Shown: positions 1 through 9,372, numbered from the stretch's first letter. The stretch is DNA of 44,620 nucleotides from Bacilli bacterium (GCA_045111495.1 JBGUGI010000097.1:1-44620); one strand, 5' to 3'. The notes: a model not told the origin generated them from the sequence alone. Numbers and translations: made by a program.

Positions 1-1
1 A

Positions 2-2188
2 CGTGATGACATGGACAAAATGCTTGATGATCTCAAGAAGAAAAATGGCTACAAATTAGACACAGAAGTCACCGCCGCTCAATTAAAAGATTTAGTGGCT
101 AAATACAAAGAATACTACAAGAAAACATTTGGCGAAGAATTCCCAACTGATCCAAAAGTTCAATTAATGGAAGCTGTCGCAGCCGTCTTCAGAAGCTGGG
201 ACAACCCAAGAGCGAACGTTTATCGTATGATGAACAACATCCCATATTCATGGGGCACTGCTGTTAACGTTCAATCCATGGCTTTCGGTAACAAGGGTGA
301 AACATCCGGTACAGGTGTTGCGTTCTCACGTAACCCAGGCACAGGTGAAAAAGTCATCTCCGCTGAATACTTACCAAACGCTCAAGGTGAAGACGTTGTC
401 GCGGGTATCCGTACACCTCTCCACATCGATGAATTAAAAGCTCGTATGCCAGAAGTTTACGAACAATTCGTCAAGACCATTAAGTTAATGGAAAACCACT
501 ACCGTGATATGCAAGATATGGAATTCACCGTTGAAGACGGTAAACTCTACTTCTTACAAACACGTAATGGTAAGAGAACCCCAGCCGCTGCTTTAAAGAT
601 CGCTTGCGATTTAGTGGATGAAGGTTTAATCGATGAAAAAGAAGCTGTCTTAAGAATCGATCCAGTCAGCTTTGATAAATTATTATTACCTGGCTTCGAT
701 AAAGACGATTTAGCCAAGAAGACACCAGTTGCCTCTGGTTTACCAGCTGGCCCAGGTGCAGGTACAGGTAAAATCGCTTTCACCGCTGAAGAAGCTGAAG
801 CTCGTAAAAAAGCCGGTGAAAAAGTTATCTTAGTCAGAGCCGAAACATCTCCAGAAGATATCGTTGGTATGGTTGCCGCTCAAGGTATCCTTACAATGCG
901 TGGTGGTATGACATCTCACGCCGCTGTCGTTGCCCGTGGTATGGGTAAATGCTGCGTCTGTGGCTGCGCTGCCGCTGTTATCGATGAAGAAAAACGTACA
1001 GTCACCATCGGTGATAAGGTCTACACAGATCAAGATGTCTTATCCTTAGATGGTAGTACAGGTAAAGTCTACGAAGGCGAAATCAAGACAGTTGAACCAG
1101 ACTTAACCGCTGGTTACTTCGGTCGTTTAATGGGTTGGGTTGATCAAAACCGTGCCCTCAAAGTCAGAACAAACGCTGATACACCAAGAGATGCCAAACA
1201 AGCTAAGATCTTCGGTGCTGAAGGTATTGGTCTCTGCCGTACTGAACACATGTTCTTTGCTAAAGACAGAATCTTCTCTATGAGAAAGATGATTCTTGCT
1301 GACAAAGTCGAAGACCGTGAAAAAGCTTTAGCGGAAATCGAACCAATGCAACAAGCTGACTTCGAAGCTCTCTATGAAACAATGTTACCATTCAACGTTA
1401 ACGTTCGTTTATTAGACCCACCACTACATGAATTCTTACCACAAGAAGAAGAACTCATTAAAGAATTAGCTGACGCTATCGGCTTAACAGTCGAAGATGT
1501 CAAAGATAGAATTGCTGAACTCCACGAAGCTAACCCAATGATGGGTCACCGTGGTTGCCGTTTAGCGGTCACATATCCAGAAATTTGCCGTATGCAAACA
1601 ACTGCTATCGTGAAAGCCGCTATCAACGTCAGCAAGAAGACAGGCAAAATGGTTGAACCAGAAATCATGGTGCCATTAGTACTCGAAGAAAAAGAATTAG
1701 CCTTCGTTAAGAAGATTATCTGTGATACCGCTGATAAACTCATTAAAGATTCTGGCTTAGCAATGCAATATCACGTTGGTACAATGATCGAAATCCCACG
1801 TGCGGCATTACTCGCTGATGAAATCGCTAAAGACGCTGAATTCTTCTCATTTGGTACAAACGACTTAACACAAATGACATTCGGCTTCTCTCGTGATGAC
1901 GCCGGTAAATTCTTACCAGCTTATTACGAAACCAAGATCTTTGAAGAAGATCCATTCAAGACCTTAGACCAAAACGGTGTTGGTAAATTAGTCCAATTAG
2001 CCGTTAAGTTAGGTCGTGGCACTCGCCCAGATCTCCACGTTGGTGTCTGTGGTGAAACAGGTGGCGATGCAAAATCTATCGAATTCTATCACAACGTCGG
2101 TTTGGACTATGTCTCCTGCTCTCCATTCCGTGTGCCAGTCGCTAGATTAGCTGCCGCTCAAGCGAATATCAAAAACCCAAGAAAATAA
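2..2188 (+). CDS. ppdK: Pyruvate, phosphate dikinase. Only the C-terminal ~728 aa are present; the 5' end lies outside the window.
   Basis: The frame is open from the window edge, so the ATG at 11 is internal. PPDK hallmarks are present: FPTDPKVQL..SWDNPRA..YR, WGTAVNVQSMAFGN, the phosphohistidine motif GGMTSHAAVVARGMG, and the PEP-utilizer barrel with GLCRTEHMF and GVCGE. Confidence 0.95.
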   Translation, partial: RDDMDKMLDDLKKKNGYKLDTEVTAAQLKDLVAKYKEYYKKTFGEEFPTDPKVQLMEAVAAVFRSWDNPRANVYRMMNNIPYSWGTAVNVQSMAFGNKGETSGTGVAFSRNPGTGEKVISAEYLPNAQGEDVVAGIRTPLHIDELKARMPEVYEQFVKTIKLMENHYRDMQDMEFTVEDGKLYFLQTRNGKRTPAAALKIACDLVDEGLIDEKEAVLRIDPVSFDKLLLPGFDKDDLAKKTPVASGLPAGPGAGTGKIAFTAEEAEARKKAGEKVILVRAETSPEDIVGMVAAQGILTMRGGMTSHAAVVARGMGKCCVCGCAAAVIDEEKRTVTIGDKVYTDQDVLSLDGSTGKVYEGEIKTVEPDLTAGYFGRLMGWVDQNRALKVRTNADTPRDAKQAKIFGAEGIGLCRTEHMFFAKDRIFSMRKMILADKVEDREKALAEIEPMQQADFEALYETMLPFNVNVRLLDPPLHEFLPQEEELIKELADAIGLTVEDVKDRIAELHEANPMMGHRGCRLAVTYPEICRMQTTAIVKAAINVSKKTGKMVEPEIMVPLVLEEKELAFVKKIICDTADKLIKDSGLAMQYHVGTMIEIPRAALLADEIAKDAEFFSFGTNDLTQMTFGFSRDDAGKFLPAYYETKIFEEDPFKTLDQNGVGKLVQLAVKLGRGTRPDLHVGVCGETGGDAKSIEFYHNVGLDYVSCSPFRVPVARLAAAQANIKNPRK

Positions 2189-2204
2189 TTCAACTTGGAT
2201 AAAC

Positions 2205-2236
2205 AAAAAACCGGTTCGATTGAATCGGTTTTTTAT
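2205..2236. terminator. Bidirectional intrinsic terminator between convergent ppdK and the nitroreductase-fold gene
   Basis: Hairpin CCGGTTC-GATT-GAATCGG (7 bp including one G-U), flanked by A6 on the left and T6 on the right. The T-tract overlaps the TAA of the minus-strand gene. Confidence 0.7.
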
Positions 2237-2976
2237 TGCATTTTGTATTTCGCAGATAATGTCTTTTCTACTTCACTATCGCTTGTATCATCGAATAATT
2301 CTCTTTGATACTTAACACCTTTGTTTTCTAAACAAGTTTCTAGGATATATAGGAAGATGCCTATATCAATACGGTTATAGTACATCACCTTATCCACTGG
2401 CATAATGCCGCGTTTACCAGGTTTCTTATAACGGTAAATAGTCAATTCATTATCTTTGTTTTCTATGAACCACGGCTGAGTATTACACGCAGAAGGTGTG
2501 AATCTCACGATATTAGCGATATCCATCTCTTCACCTGACCATATTTCACTAATGGGTTTTCTTTTAGACTTGAACATATCTTTTCTAAAACTAGTCTCAG
2601 GCATTCTTTTAATCGCGATCATAATGACATATTCTAGACCATCGATATTTTCTTTTGGTTTACCAATCCCAAACCATAAAGCGCCTATGTTAATAGAAGT
2701 TAGATATAAATCAATTTGTTCACCAATATAACCGATATTTCTTAAATAGCCTTCTTTATGTTCACTATAGAAGAGAATGCAATAATCTGCGCCTCTATGA
2801 CATGTCGTTTCTTTTTCAGGGACCACTTTGATGATGGTTTTAATATCGTCATACAAAGGCTTAACGGTTTTTATAAACTCATTAATCTTAGTGATGTCTT
2901 CAGGGGTTGTTTCCTCCCCTCCTATAAAGAAGTGAAATGATTTACGTTTAAATAGTTCAGAGTAATAGTTTTTCAT
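2233..2976 (-). CDS. Nitroreductase-fold protein, possibly of the TM1586-like subgroup
   Basis: An FKRKSFHFF motif sits near the N-terminus and a PSACNTQPW motif (nitroreductase FMN-binding signature) lies near residue 160. No Shine-Dalgarno is visible upstream; TATAAA lies 16 nt before the ATG. Confidence 0.6.
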   Translation of the reverse strand: MKNYYSELFKRKSFHFFIGGEETTPEDITKINEFIKTVKPLYDDIKTIIKVVPEKETTCHRGADYCILFYSEHKEGYLRNIGYIGEQIDLYLTSINIGALWFGIGKPKENIDGLEYVIMIAIKRMPETSFRKDMFKSKRKPISEIWSGEEMDIANIVRFTPSACNTQPWFIENKDNELTIYRYKKPGKRGIMPVDKVMYYNRIDIGIFLYILETCLENKGVKYQRELFDDTSDSEVEKTLSAKYKMQ

Positions 2977-3004
2977 GTATTACATAGTATTCTTTATATT
3001 TTAA

Positions 3005-3036
3005 AATGAAAAGGATTCGTTTTAATGCGAACCCTT
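3005..3036 (-). terminator. Intrinsic terminator downstream of the 821-aa GH3 gene
   Basis: Minus strand reads GGGTTCG-cattaaaa-CGAATCC (7 bp, one G-U), followed by TTTTCATTTT. Confidence 0.55.
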
Positions 3037-3043
3037 TTTAATT

Positions 3044-5509
3044 TTATTTAGTTTCTTGAACGGCTTTCGCGGCTCTTTTTTCCGCTCTCGCTATTTTCTT
3101 ATATTTACGGCCTTCTTTCATGAAATGATGTAAGCCTTTCCAGAAGTGACCATTGAAAATCATGATTAAACCATCTAATTGGCTCATACGGAGACCACCA
3201 CCAGAGAATCTGGACATGCCTCTCATTGGTTGATGGACAACGCCCATAACAAGAGTATTCGCTAAAACACGGTTGCCCATCTTACGGAGCACTCTTACGA
3301 ACCAAGGGATAGCTTTACCCACTAAACGACCAATCCAGCGTTTAGAATAACGTAATTCACTGAACGTTGTGTTATAGTCGATAACCATTCTATTTTTCTT
3401 ATAGAAAGGAAGAGAGCCATCAGGAATTGGGTGACCTAATAACTTTTCGAATTCCTCGTTAGAAACCTTTCTTAATCTACCATCAGCGTAATGTGGTAAA
3501 TCAGCGATATCATATGGGGCTTCCGCGCCTGTACCAGCTTGTTCTACTGTACCAAACAAACGGATATCATCTGATGAAGCACCAACATAGATGTCATAGA
3601 CACCCTTTTCAATTTCCCACTTATTTGTCTTAGTGTTGAAATATCTAAATGTCTTATCATCAAAAGCGATTTCCACTTTCTTTGTTTCGCCCACTTTTAA
3701 GAAGACCTTGGTGAAGCCTTTTAATTCTTTAACTGGTCTAATAACTTCACTACTCTTTAAGCCAACATATAATTGAGCGACTTCTTTGCCATCGACATCG
3801 CCGATGTTTTTGATTTCAAAACTCACACCATTCTCGTGAACTTTTAAATTTGAGTATTCGAATTTTGTGTAGCTTAAGCCAAAGCCAAATGGGAATCTGA
3901 CTTCAATATCAGCTTTTTCAAAATAACGGTAACCAACACCATATGCTTCACGATATTCAATTGTTCTAGTATGGCTTGGGAAGTTATCACTACTAGCGAC
4001 ATCTTCATATTTAATTGGTAATGTTTCAGATAATTTACCAGAAGGATTAACTTTACCTTCTAAAATTCTTAAAGTGGCTTCCGCACCCGCTTGACCGTTT
4101 AAGTAACAATGTAATAAACCATCGATATCAAAGATGAATGGGATTTCCACTGCAGAGCCGCATGAGAGAACAACGACAATCTTCTTATTTAATTCTTTAA
4201 TGGCTTTAACTAATTCGATTTGATTGTTCTCCAAATACATGTTTTGACGGTCCAAGCCTTCCGCTTCGGTAACTTCATCTAAACCAAGGTATAAAACGAC
4301 TGTATCGGCTTGTTTGGCTAGTTCAATAGCTTCTTTGAAGAGTTTCTTATTCTTCTTACCATATCTATTGAAGCCACGCGCACTACCAACGATATTTAAA
4401 TCGGTATTCTTTAAAATATCGACAGTGTTGTCTAGTTTTGTTGGGTTAACAATTGAGGAACCAGCGCCTTGATATCTTGGCAAATATAAGAAGTCACCAA
4501 TAAAGGCTACTTTTTCTTCTTTGTTTAATGGGAGAACACCATTGTTCTTCAAGAGAACGGCGCTTTCTTCTGCGCATTTCTTCGCGTATTCATGGTGTTC
4601 TTCGACATCAAATTTTTCTGGTGCTTTGTTCACACCATTTTCCATTGTATCAAAAACTGTTTCTAATAATTTATCTAAGCAATCATCTAAAACGGATTCG
4701 TCTAATTCACCGTTTTCAATGGCTTTTATAACTTCTTCTGGTCTGTCTGGTGTACCAGGCATTTCTAATTGGTTACCACATTTAAGTGATAAAACACCAT
4801 CATTATTGCCACCCCAGTCAGTAACCACTAAACCATCATATCCCCATTCTTTTCTTAGGATATCAACGAGTAAGTGCTCATTTTCATTCGCGTATGTACC
4901 ATTGATTAAGTTATACGCTGACATAATGCTTTTGGTTTTACCTTCTTTAACAGCGATTTCAAAAGCAGTTAAATACAATTCTCTAAATGTTCTTTCATCA
5001 AGCACGCTATCGAGGGTCATTCTATTTTCTTCTTGGTTATTACACGCAAAGTGTTTAACACAAGCGGAAATACCATTTGATTGGATACCTCTAATATAAC
5101 CAGCGGCCATTTTACCCGCTAAATAAGGATCTTCTGAGAAATATTCAAAGTTACGACCACATAATGGGTTTCTTTTGGTGTTTGTACCAGGTCCTAAAAG
5201 GATATTAACTTTTTGAACAGCAGCTTCTTGGCCTAATCTTTCACCTAAGCCTTCACCTAACTTTTCATCCCATGAATTGGCCATTGTGGCAGCGGTTGGA
5301 TAACATGTCGCAGGAATAGAAGCGTTTAAACCTAAATGGTCCGCAGCAGCGGCTTGTCTTCTCACCCCGTGAGGGCCATCACTAAGGAAAGCACTAGGGA
5401 TATTAACTCTATCAATATTAACTGTTTGCCAGAAGTCTTTACCACTTATTAAACTAGCCTTTTCTTTTAAAGATAATTGGTTGATTAAATCTTGATATTT
5501 TCTCGCCAT
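3044..5509 (-). CDS. Glycoside hydrolase family 3 beta-glucosidase/beta-xylosidase-like enzyme. Canonical domain order, no signal peptide, basic amphipathic C-terminal tail.
   Basis: Motif order is SDGPHGVR, GRNFEYFSEDPYLAG, KHFACNNQEENR, the nucleophile motif VVTDWGG, then VLLKNNGVLPL (alpha/beta sandwich), then FPFGFGLSYTKF and VAQLYVG (Fn3-like). AAGGAG lies 6 nt upstream of the ATG. Confidence 0.9.
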   Translation of the reverse strand: MARKYQDLINQLSLKEKASLISGKDFWQTVNIDRVNIPSAFLSDGPHGVRRQAAAADHLGLNASIPATCYPTAATMANSWDEKLGEGLGERLGQEAAVQKVNILLGPGTNTKRNPLCGRNFEYFSEDPYLAGKMAAGYIRGIQSNGISACVKHFACNNQEENRMTLDSVLDERTFRELYLTAFEIAVKEGKTKSIMSAYNLINGTYANENEHLLVDILRKEWGYDGLVVTDWGGNNDGVLSLKCGNQLEMPGTPDRPEEVIKAIENGELDESVLDDCLDKLLETVFDTMENGVNKAPEKFDVEEHHEYAKKCAEESAVLLKNNGVLPLNKEEKVAFIGDFLYLPRYQGAGSSIVNPTKLDNTVDILKNTDLNIVGSARGFNRYGKKNKKLFKEAIELAKQADTVVLYLGLDEVTEAEGLDRQNMYLENNQIELVKAIKELNKKIVVVLSCGSAVEIPFIFDIDGLLHCYLNGQAGAEATLRILEGKVNPSGKLSETLPIKYEDVASSDNFPSHTRTIEYREAYGVGYRYFEKADIEVRFPFGFGLSYTKFEYSNLKVHENGVSFEIKNIGDVDGKEVAQLYVGLKSSEVIRPVKELKGFTKVFLKVGETKKVEIAFDDKTFRYFNTKTNKWEIEKGVYDIYVGASSDDIRLFGTVEQAGTGAEAPYDIADLPHYADGRLRKVSNEEFEKLLGHPIPDGSLPFYKKNRMVIDYNTTFSELRYSKRWIGRLVGKAIPWFVRVLRKMGNRVLANTLVMGVVHQPMRGMSRFSGGGLRMSQLDGLIMIFNGHFWKGLHHFMKEGRKYKKIARAEKRAAKAVQETK

Positions 5510-5635
5510 AAAAAATCTCCTTATTTGAGGTATTATCTAATTTTTTTGAATGCAGTATTAGATTAACATATCGTTAATAATAATCAAACTGTCTTACATA
5601 ACTTGTTATTTTTAATTCATAAAATGTCATTCCTA

Positions 5636-5662
5636 ATGAAAGAGGCGCCGTAGCGCCCCCTT
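5636..5662 (-). terminator. Intrinsic terminator closing the lipoprotein-tetraspan-GH3 operon
   Basis: Minus strand reads GGGGCGC-tacg-GCGCCTC (7 bp, GC-rich), followed by TTTCATT. Confidence 0.6.
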
Positions 5663-5694
5663 CAAGAGAAAGGAATATGAAGCTTTTTAAAGTA

Positions 5695-8600
5695 TTAATA
5701 TTCTTCTTCGGATTCTCTTCTTTCCTTAACATTAATTTTGTTAAGGGCGATGAGAGTAATGAACGCAGCATCCGCTAAAGCGAGAACGCCAACGACGATC
5801 CAAGCAGCAATGAAGCCACCTTTCCATGGGCTCATTTCGTACCAAATGGAAGCACTTGGTGAAATACCTTGGACACAGTTACTATTAGCCTTGTTAAATA
5901 AGATGTGCTTTGTTGCATCTTTGAGGTAATAGACCGCTGTTGGAGAGGATGTATCGTATAAGCCATCAGTACCATTATTTGTTAATGTTAAGTGGCCACC
6001 TCTTCTAAGCATGAAGTCAGAAGTCATATATGTATTCTTTTGACCACCAGCGTCAGTAATAGCAGTACCTGTGAAACCAAATTCATCGCGTAAAATACCA
6101 TGTAAGGAGAAGGAAGCACCACCCCATGTCGCACCAATTCTGTTGTAGCAGGTCATAATGCCTGTTGCAGCGGACATTGTTTTTTCAGATAACTTGGAAG
6201 CAAGGACTTCACCTTCTTGAGCGTAGTATTTAACTGTCATCTTGGCTTCTTTCATGTAAAGTTCCCAACCTTTGAGGTAGACTTCACGGAAAGCTTGTTC
6301 ATTAACCCAAGCACAGTAACCATTCTTTTGACGGTTTGTTTCTTGATCGTTTAAGGCATAGTGCTTCATGAAGCAGATTAAGCCTTTTTCGGAAGCGCCA
6401 CCAGCTTCAGCAGCAGCCATCTTACCGGCTAAAACGCCATCTTCTGAATAGTATTCATAGTTTCTGCCACCAAAGGCACTTCTATGCATATTGAGACCAT
6501 AACCATAGATACCTGTAATTAAGGAACCACCAGCTAAGTAGTTAGCGTGAGCTTCTTCACCGAAGGCATCGCCTAATTCTCTAGCGAGTTTTTCATTGAA
6601 TGTCGCAGCGACCATTGGATCACCACAGTACCATTTATTAATGTTCTTAATGGATAATGCATGAGCGTAGTATCCGTATGGAGAGTCAGCGTCATATGAT
6701 TCTGGGACACCATTTTCGGAGTCAGCTTTTTCATTCCAACCACCATTGGTGACCATTTCCACCATTTTGGCTTTGGTAAATTGATTCATATAGTCATCCC
6801 ATTTTGGATCATCCCAATCAACACCTCTCATACTAGCTAATGTATAGCTTGTTGGATCAGTATCGACTGTTGGCATTTCAGTGATTGGGTTATTTTCATC
6901 TGCCCAAACATCATACTTAGCCACTTGTTTTAATGCTCTTGCATCGGTTAATTCCATATCATCATCTCTTGGAGATTGTGGGAATGAACCTCTGAAGTTT
7001 GTTCTTGTGAAGTTAATAGCAAAGCCTTCACCATGGTCAACTTCACCACCGAAGTTCTTGAAGTGATAATTTAATTCATCATCTTCTTTGTTAACAGCGG
7101 CACTTAAGTCAGTTGGACGTTTGCCGTCTTTGCCTTCTTTGAAGACAACTTTCTTGGCAAGTGTATCTGTCCATAAGACTTTTTCTTTACCAGAAGCTAA
7201 TTCATCGATTTCCGCCCAGGAGTGGGAGTTATCGGATAAGTAGAACTTATATTCACCAGCGTCTAATAAATAGGCTTTTTCGACTTGATAGTCATAGCTT
7301 GTGAAATAGTCTCTATTAACTTTGATTGTCAATGTTTCAGAAGCGGTTGGTTGAAGGATTTCAGTTTTCCCGAATCCCGCTAAAACGACATGGGCTTTTT
7401 CCACGTGGTTAGCCTTATTTTCTTCTGTGTATGGAGCGCTCACATAAATTTGAGCAACGCCTTTACCAGCTTTAGCGCCAGTATTGGTAACTTTGACTTG
7501 GAATGTGTATTCGTTTGTCGCTTTATCAAATGATGGAGTGCCAACATATTCTTGTGAGAATGTTGTATAGCTTAAGCCATAACCGAATGGGAAGACGACT
7601 TCTCTAGCGTAATCAAAGCCAGCGTAGTTACCTGCTTTTGCCTCTTTATAGGCTGTTTCGTAATATCTATAGCCAACATAGATACCTTCTTCATATTCAA
7701 CGAAGAATGTTTCATCTTGGTATGAATTGAGTTCATCAGAGTTAGCGTAGACGTAGGAACCGAAGTTCTTATATGTTGGATCATTTCTTAAGTCACGGAC
7801 GTATGTATCAACGAGGTGACCAGATGGGTTAACAGCACCTTTTAAGATGTTTGCTAGTGCAATACCACCTTGAGAGCCACAGCAACCTGCCCAAATAGCG
7901 CCTTCAACTTTACTGAAGTCATACTTTTTGTTGGTGTATGGATCTGTATAGATACCATTGTCCATATTTGGATCATTTTCTTGTAACCAACCGAGTTCCA
8001 TCGCGTTAGCAGAGTTGATAACAACGATGACTTTGTTGAATTTCTTACAAGCGTAATCAATGAGTTTTAATTCAGCATTGGTGATGACTAAACCACTTCT
8101 ATTTTGTTCAGCCGCACCAACATTTAATGATTGGTCATTACCTTCACCAGAGTTTCTCTTTAGAGTAATAACTGCGGTTGGGTATTGAGCGAATGTTGAT
8201 TCAGCAGAAGCTAATGATGTTGCTGGATCAGCGAAATCACCACTTGTAGCGTTATATAATTCTTTTGTCTTAGCATTGAATGGGATATCTGGATCGTTTT
8301 CAATACCATTGGCGAGAGAAACCGCACCACTTGTGGTTGCTGGGTCTTCACCACCAGACATATTGTTGTGCCAGGAATAATAACCAAGAACGGTGACACC
8401 TTCATTAGCAGCTAAAGGGAGAGCGTTATTCTTATTTTTCAATAAGGTCATGCCTTCTTCAGCGGTTAATTGTGTCATTCTTTGAGCATTCTTTAAGGCA
8501 TCAGCTTGATTATCAAATTTGAAATCAATGTAATTACCATCTAATTTACTATTATCGTTGGTGTGTTGTTTACCACGGCCTAATAATAAGTCGAGGTTGT

Positions 8601-8700
8601 TAGCTTGTACATGAGCAGCGATTGTCGCACCACCTAAGATAGCGAGAACCGCGATACCTGCAACGGCTAAATATGTAATTCTTCTATTTTTTGCTTTCAT
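5695..8700 (-). CDS. GH3 glycosidase with inverted domain order, an N-terminal signal peptide or anchor, and a C-terminal TM anchor
   Basis: N-terminus is MKAKNRRITYLAVAGIAVLAILGGATIAAHVQA. TLLKNKNNALPL and FPFGYGLSYTTF/VAQIYVS (sandwich plus Fn3-like) come before GLNMHRSAFGGRNYEYYSEDGVLAG, KHYALNDQETNR and the nucleophile-type motif AITDAGG. The C-terminal helix is FIAAWIVVGVLALADAAFITLIAL, followed by an acidic tail. AGGAGGAG Shine-Dalgarno. Confidence 0.85.
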   Translation of the reverse strand: MKAKNRRITYLAVAGIAVLAILGGATIAAHVQANNLDLLLGRGKQHTNDNSKLDGNYIDFKFDNQADALKNAQRMTQLTAEEGMTLLKNKNNALPLAANEGVTVLGYYSWHNNMSGGEDPATTSGAVSLANGIENDPDIPFNAKTKELYNATSGDFADPATSLASAESTFAQYPTAVITLKRNSGEGNDQSLNVGAAEQNRSGLVITNAELKLIDYACKKFNKVIVVINSANAMELGWLQENDPNMDNGIYTDPYTNKKYDFSKVEGAIWAGCCGSQGGIALANILKGAVNPSGHLVDTYVRDLRNDPTYKNFGSYVYANSDELNSYQDETFFVEYEEGIYVGYRYYETAYKEAKAGNYAGFDYAREVVFPFGYGLSYTTFSQEYVGTPSFDKATNEYTFQVKVTNTGAKAGKGVAQIYVSAPYTEENKANHVEKAHVVLAGFGKTEILQPTASETLTIKVNRDYFTSYDYQVEKAYLLDAGEYKFYLSDNSHSWAEIDELASGKEKVLWTDTLAKKVVFKEGKDGKRPTDLSAAVNKEDDELNYHFKNFGGEVDHGEGFAINFTRTNFRGSFPQSPRDDDMELTDARALKQVAKYDVWADENNPITEMPTVDTDPTSYTLASMRGVDWDDPKWDDYMNQFTKAKMVEMVTNGGWNEKADSENGVPESYDADSPYGYYAHALSIKNINKWYCGDPMVAATFNEKLARELGDAFGEEAHANYLAGGSLITGIYGYGLNMHRSAFGGRNYEYYSEDGVLAGKMAAAEAGGASEKGLICFMKHYALNDQETNRQKNGYCAWVNEQAFREVYLKGWELYMKEAKMTVKYYAQEGEVLASKLSEKTMSAATGIMTCYNRIGATWGGASFSLHGILRDEFGFTGTAITDAGGQKNTYMTSDFMLRRGGHLTLTNNGTDGLYDTSSPTAVYYLKDATKHILFNKANSNCVQGISPSASIWYEMSPWKGGFIAAWIVVGVLALADAAFITLIALNKINVKERRESEEEY

Positions 8701-8716
8701 GTTCGTCTCCTCCTAT

Positions 8717-9361
8717 CTATTTGCTGATTTCGACGTTTTGTCTGTTGACTCTTCTGGCATAGTACTTTTGGAATAAGAGCAAGCCACAGTTAGCCGCTTT
8801 AATAACACCGGCGATTAAGCAGACAACTAATACGACTGTTGGGAAGTAATCCTTACCGAAGTATAATTCACCGTTAATAGCAGGCATTAAATATGCTTCA
8901 TAGTAGTATGTGTAGGAACCTGTCACCGCTTTAGCGTTAGCAATCCATAACTTATCAACGTTATAGAGAATAATGCCACCAAAGATTAAGCAGACACTAA
9001 CGATACCTTCAACGATAGCTTTTTTCTTATTTGTGCCTCTTCTTGAGAAGTTAGTAGCGAGCATAATGCTAGCGACGATACAACCAATTAATGGTAAGAA
9101 GCATCCTAAGAATGTCCAAATATTGAATGTTGTTTCGGTATAACCTTGAATGATCATGTTACCGAAGCCAGCGAAGATGGTTTGATAACCTGGATAGGAG
9201 AAACCATCCGCGTATTTTGTGCCATCGTCTGTATAGATTGTTAATATATCTGAGAAGTTATATAACACAAGGATAGCGACCGCTAAGAGACCGATAGCAA
9301 TTGAGATGAGAGTTAAGATTTTAACTGTTGGTTTTAAGACCTTTAATAATTTGTTTTCCAT
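8717..9361 (-). CDS. Four-TM (tetraspan) membrane protein of unknown function
   Basis: There are four hydrophobic helices with two ~45-aa aromatic/Gly-rich loops predicted outside. Basic loops (RRGTNKKK and a C-terminal RRVNRQ) are predicted inside. AAGGAG Shine-Dalgarno. Gaps to the flanking genes are 11 nt and 16 nt, consistent with an operon. Confidence 0.6.
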   Translation of the reverse strand: MENKLLKVLKPTVKILTLISIAIGLLAVAILVLYNFSDILTIYTDDGTKYADGFSYPGYQTIFAGFGNMIIQGYTETTFNIWTFLGCFLPLIGCIVASIMLATNFSRRGTNKKKAIVEGIVSVCLIFGGIILYNVDKLWIANAKAVTGSYTYYYEAYLMPAINGELYFGKDYFPTVVLVVCLIAGVIKAANCGLLLFQKYYARRVNRQNVEISK

Positions 9362-9372
9362 CTTGATTCTCC

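Noticed and set aside
547-1743. Three short minus-strand ORFs (547-783, 830-1033, 1546-1743) inside ppdK
   Set aside because: They are antisense to a strongly supported, motif-rich CDS. They have no Shine-Dalgarno and low-complexity translations, as is typical of frame artefacts.
4521-5099. 192-aa and 67-aa plus-strand ORFs antisense to the 821-aa GH3 gene
   Set aside because: The Ser/Leu/Phe-rich translation is typical of the reverse frame of a codon-biased gene. There is no start context and no recognisable motif.
5574-5771. 65-aa minus-strand ORF spanning the GH3 stop and terminator region
   Set aside because: It overlaps the 3' end of the 1001-aa GH3 gene and runs through the terminator hairpin at 5636-5662. 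It has no Shine-Dalgarno and is not credible as a gene.
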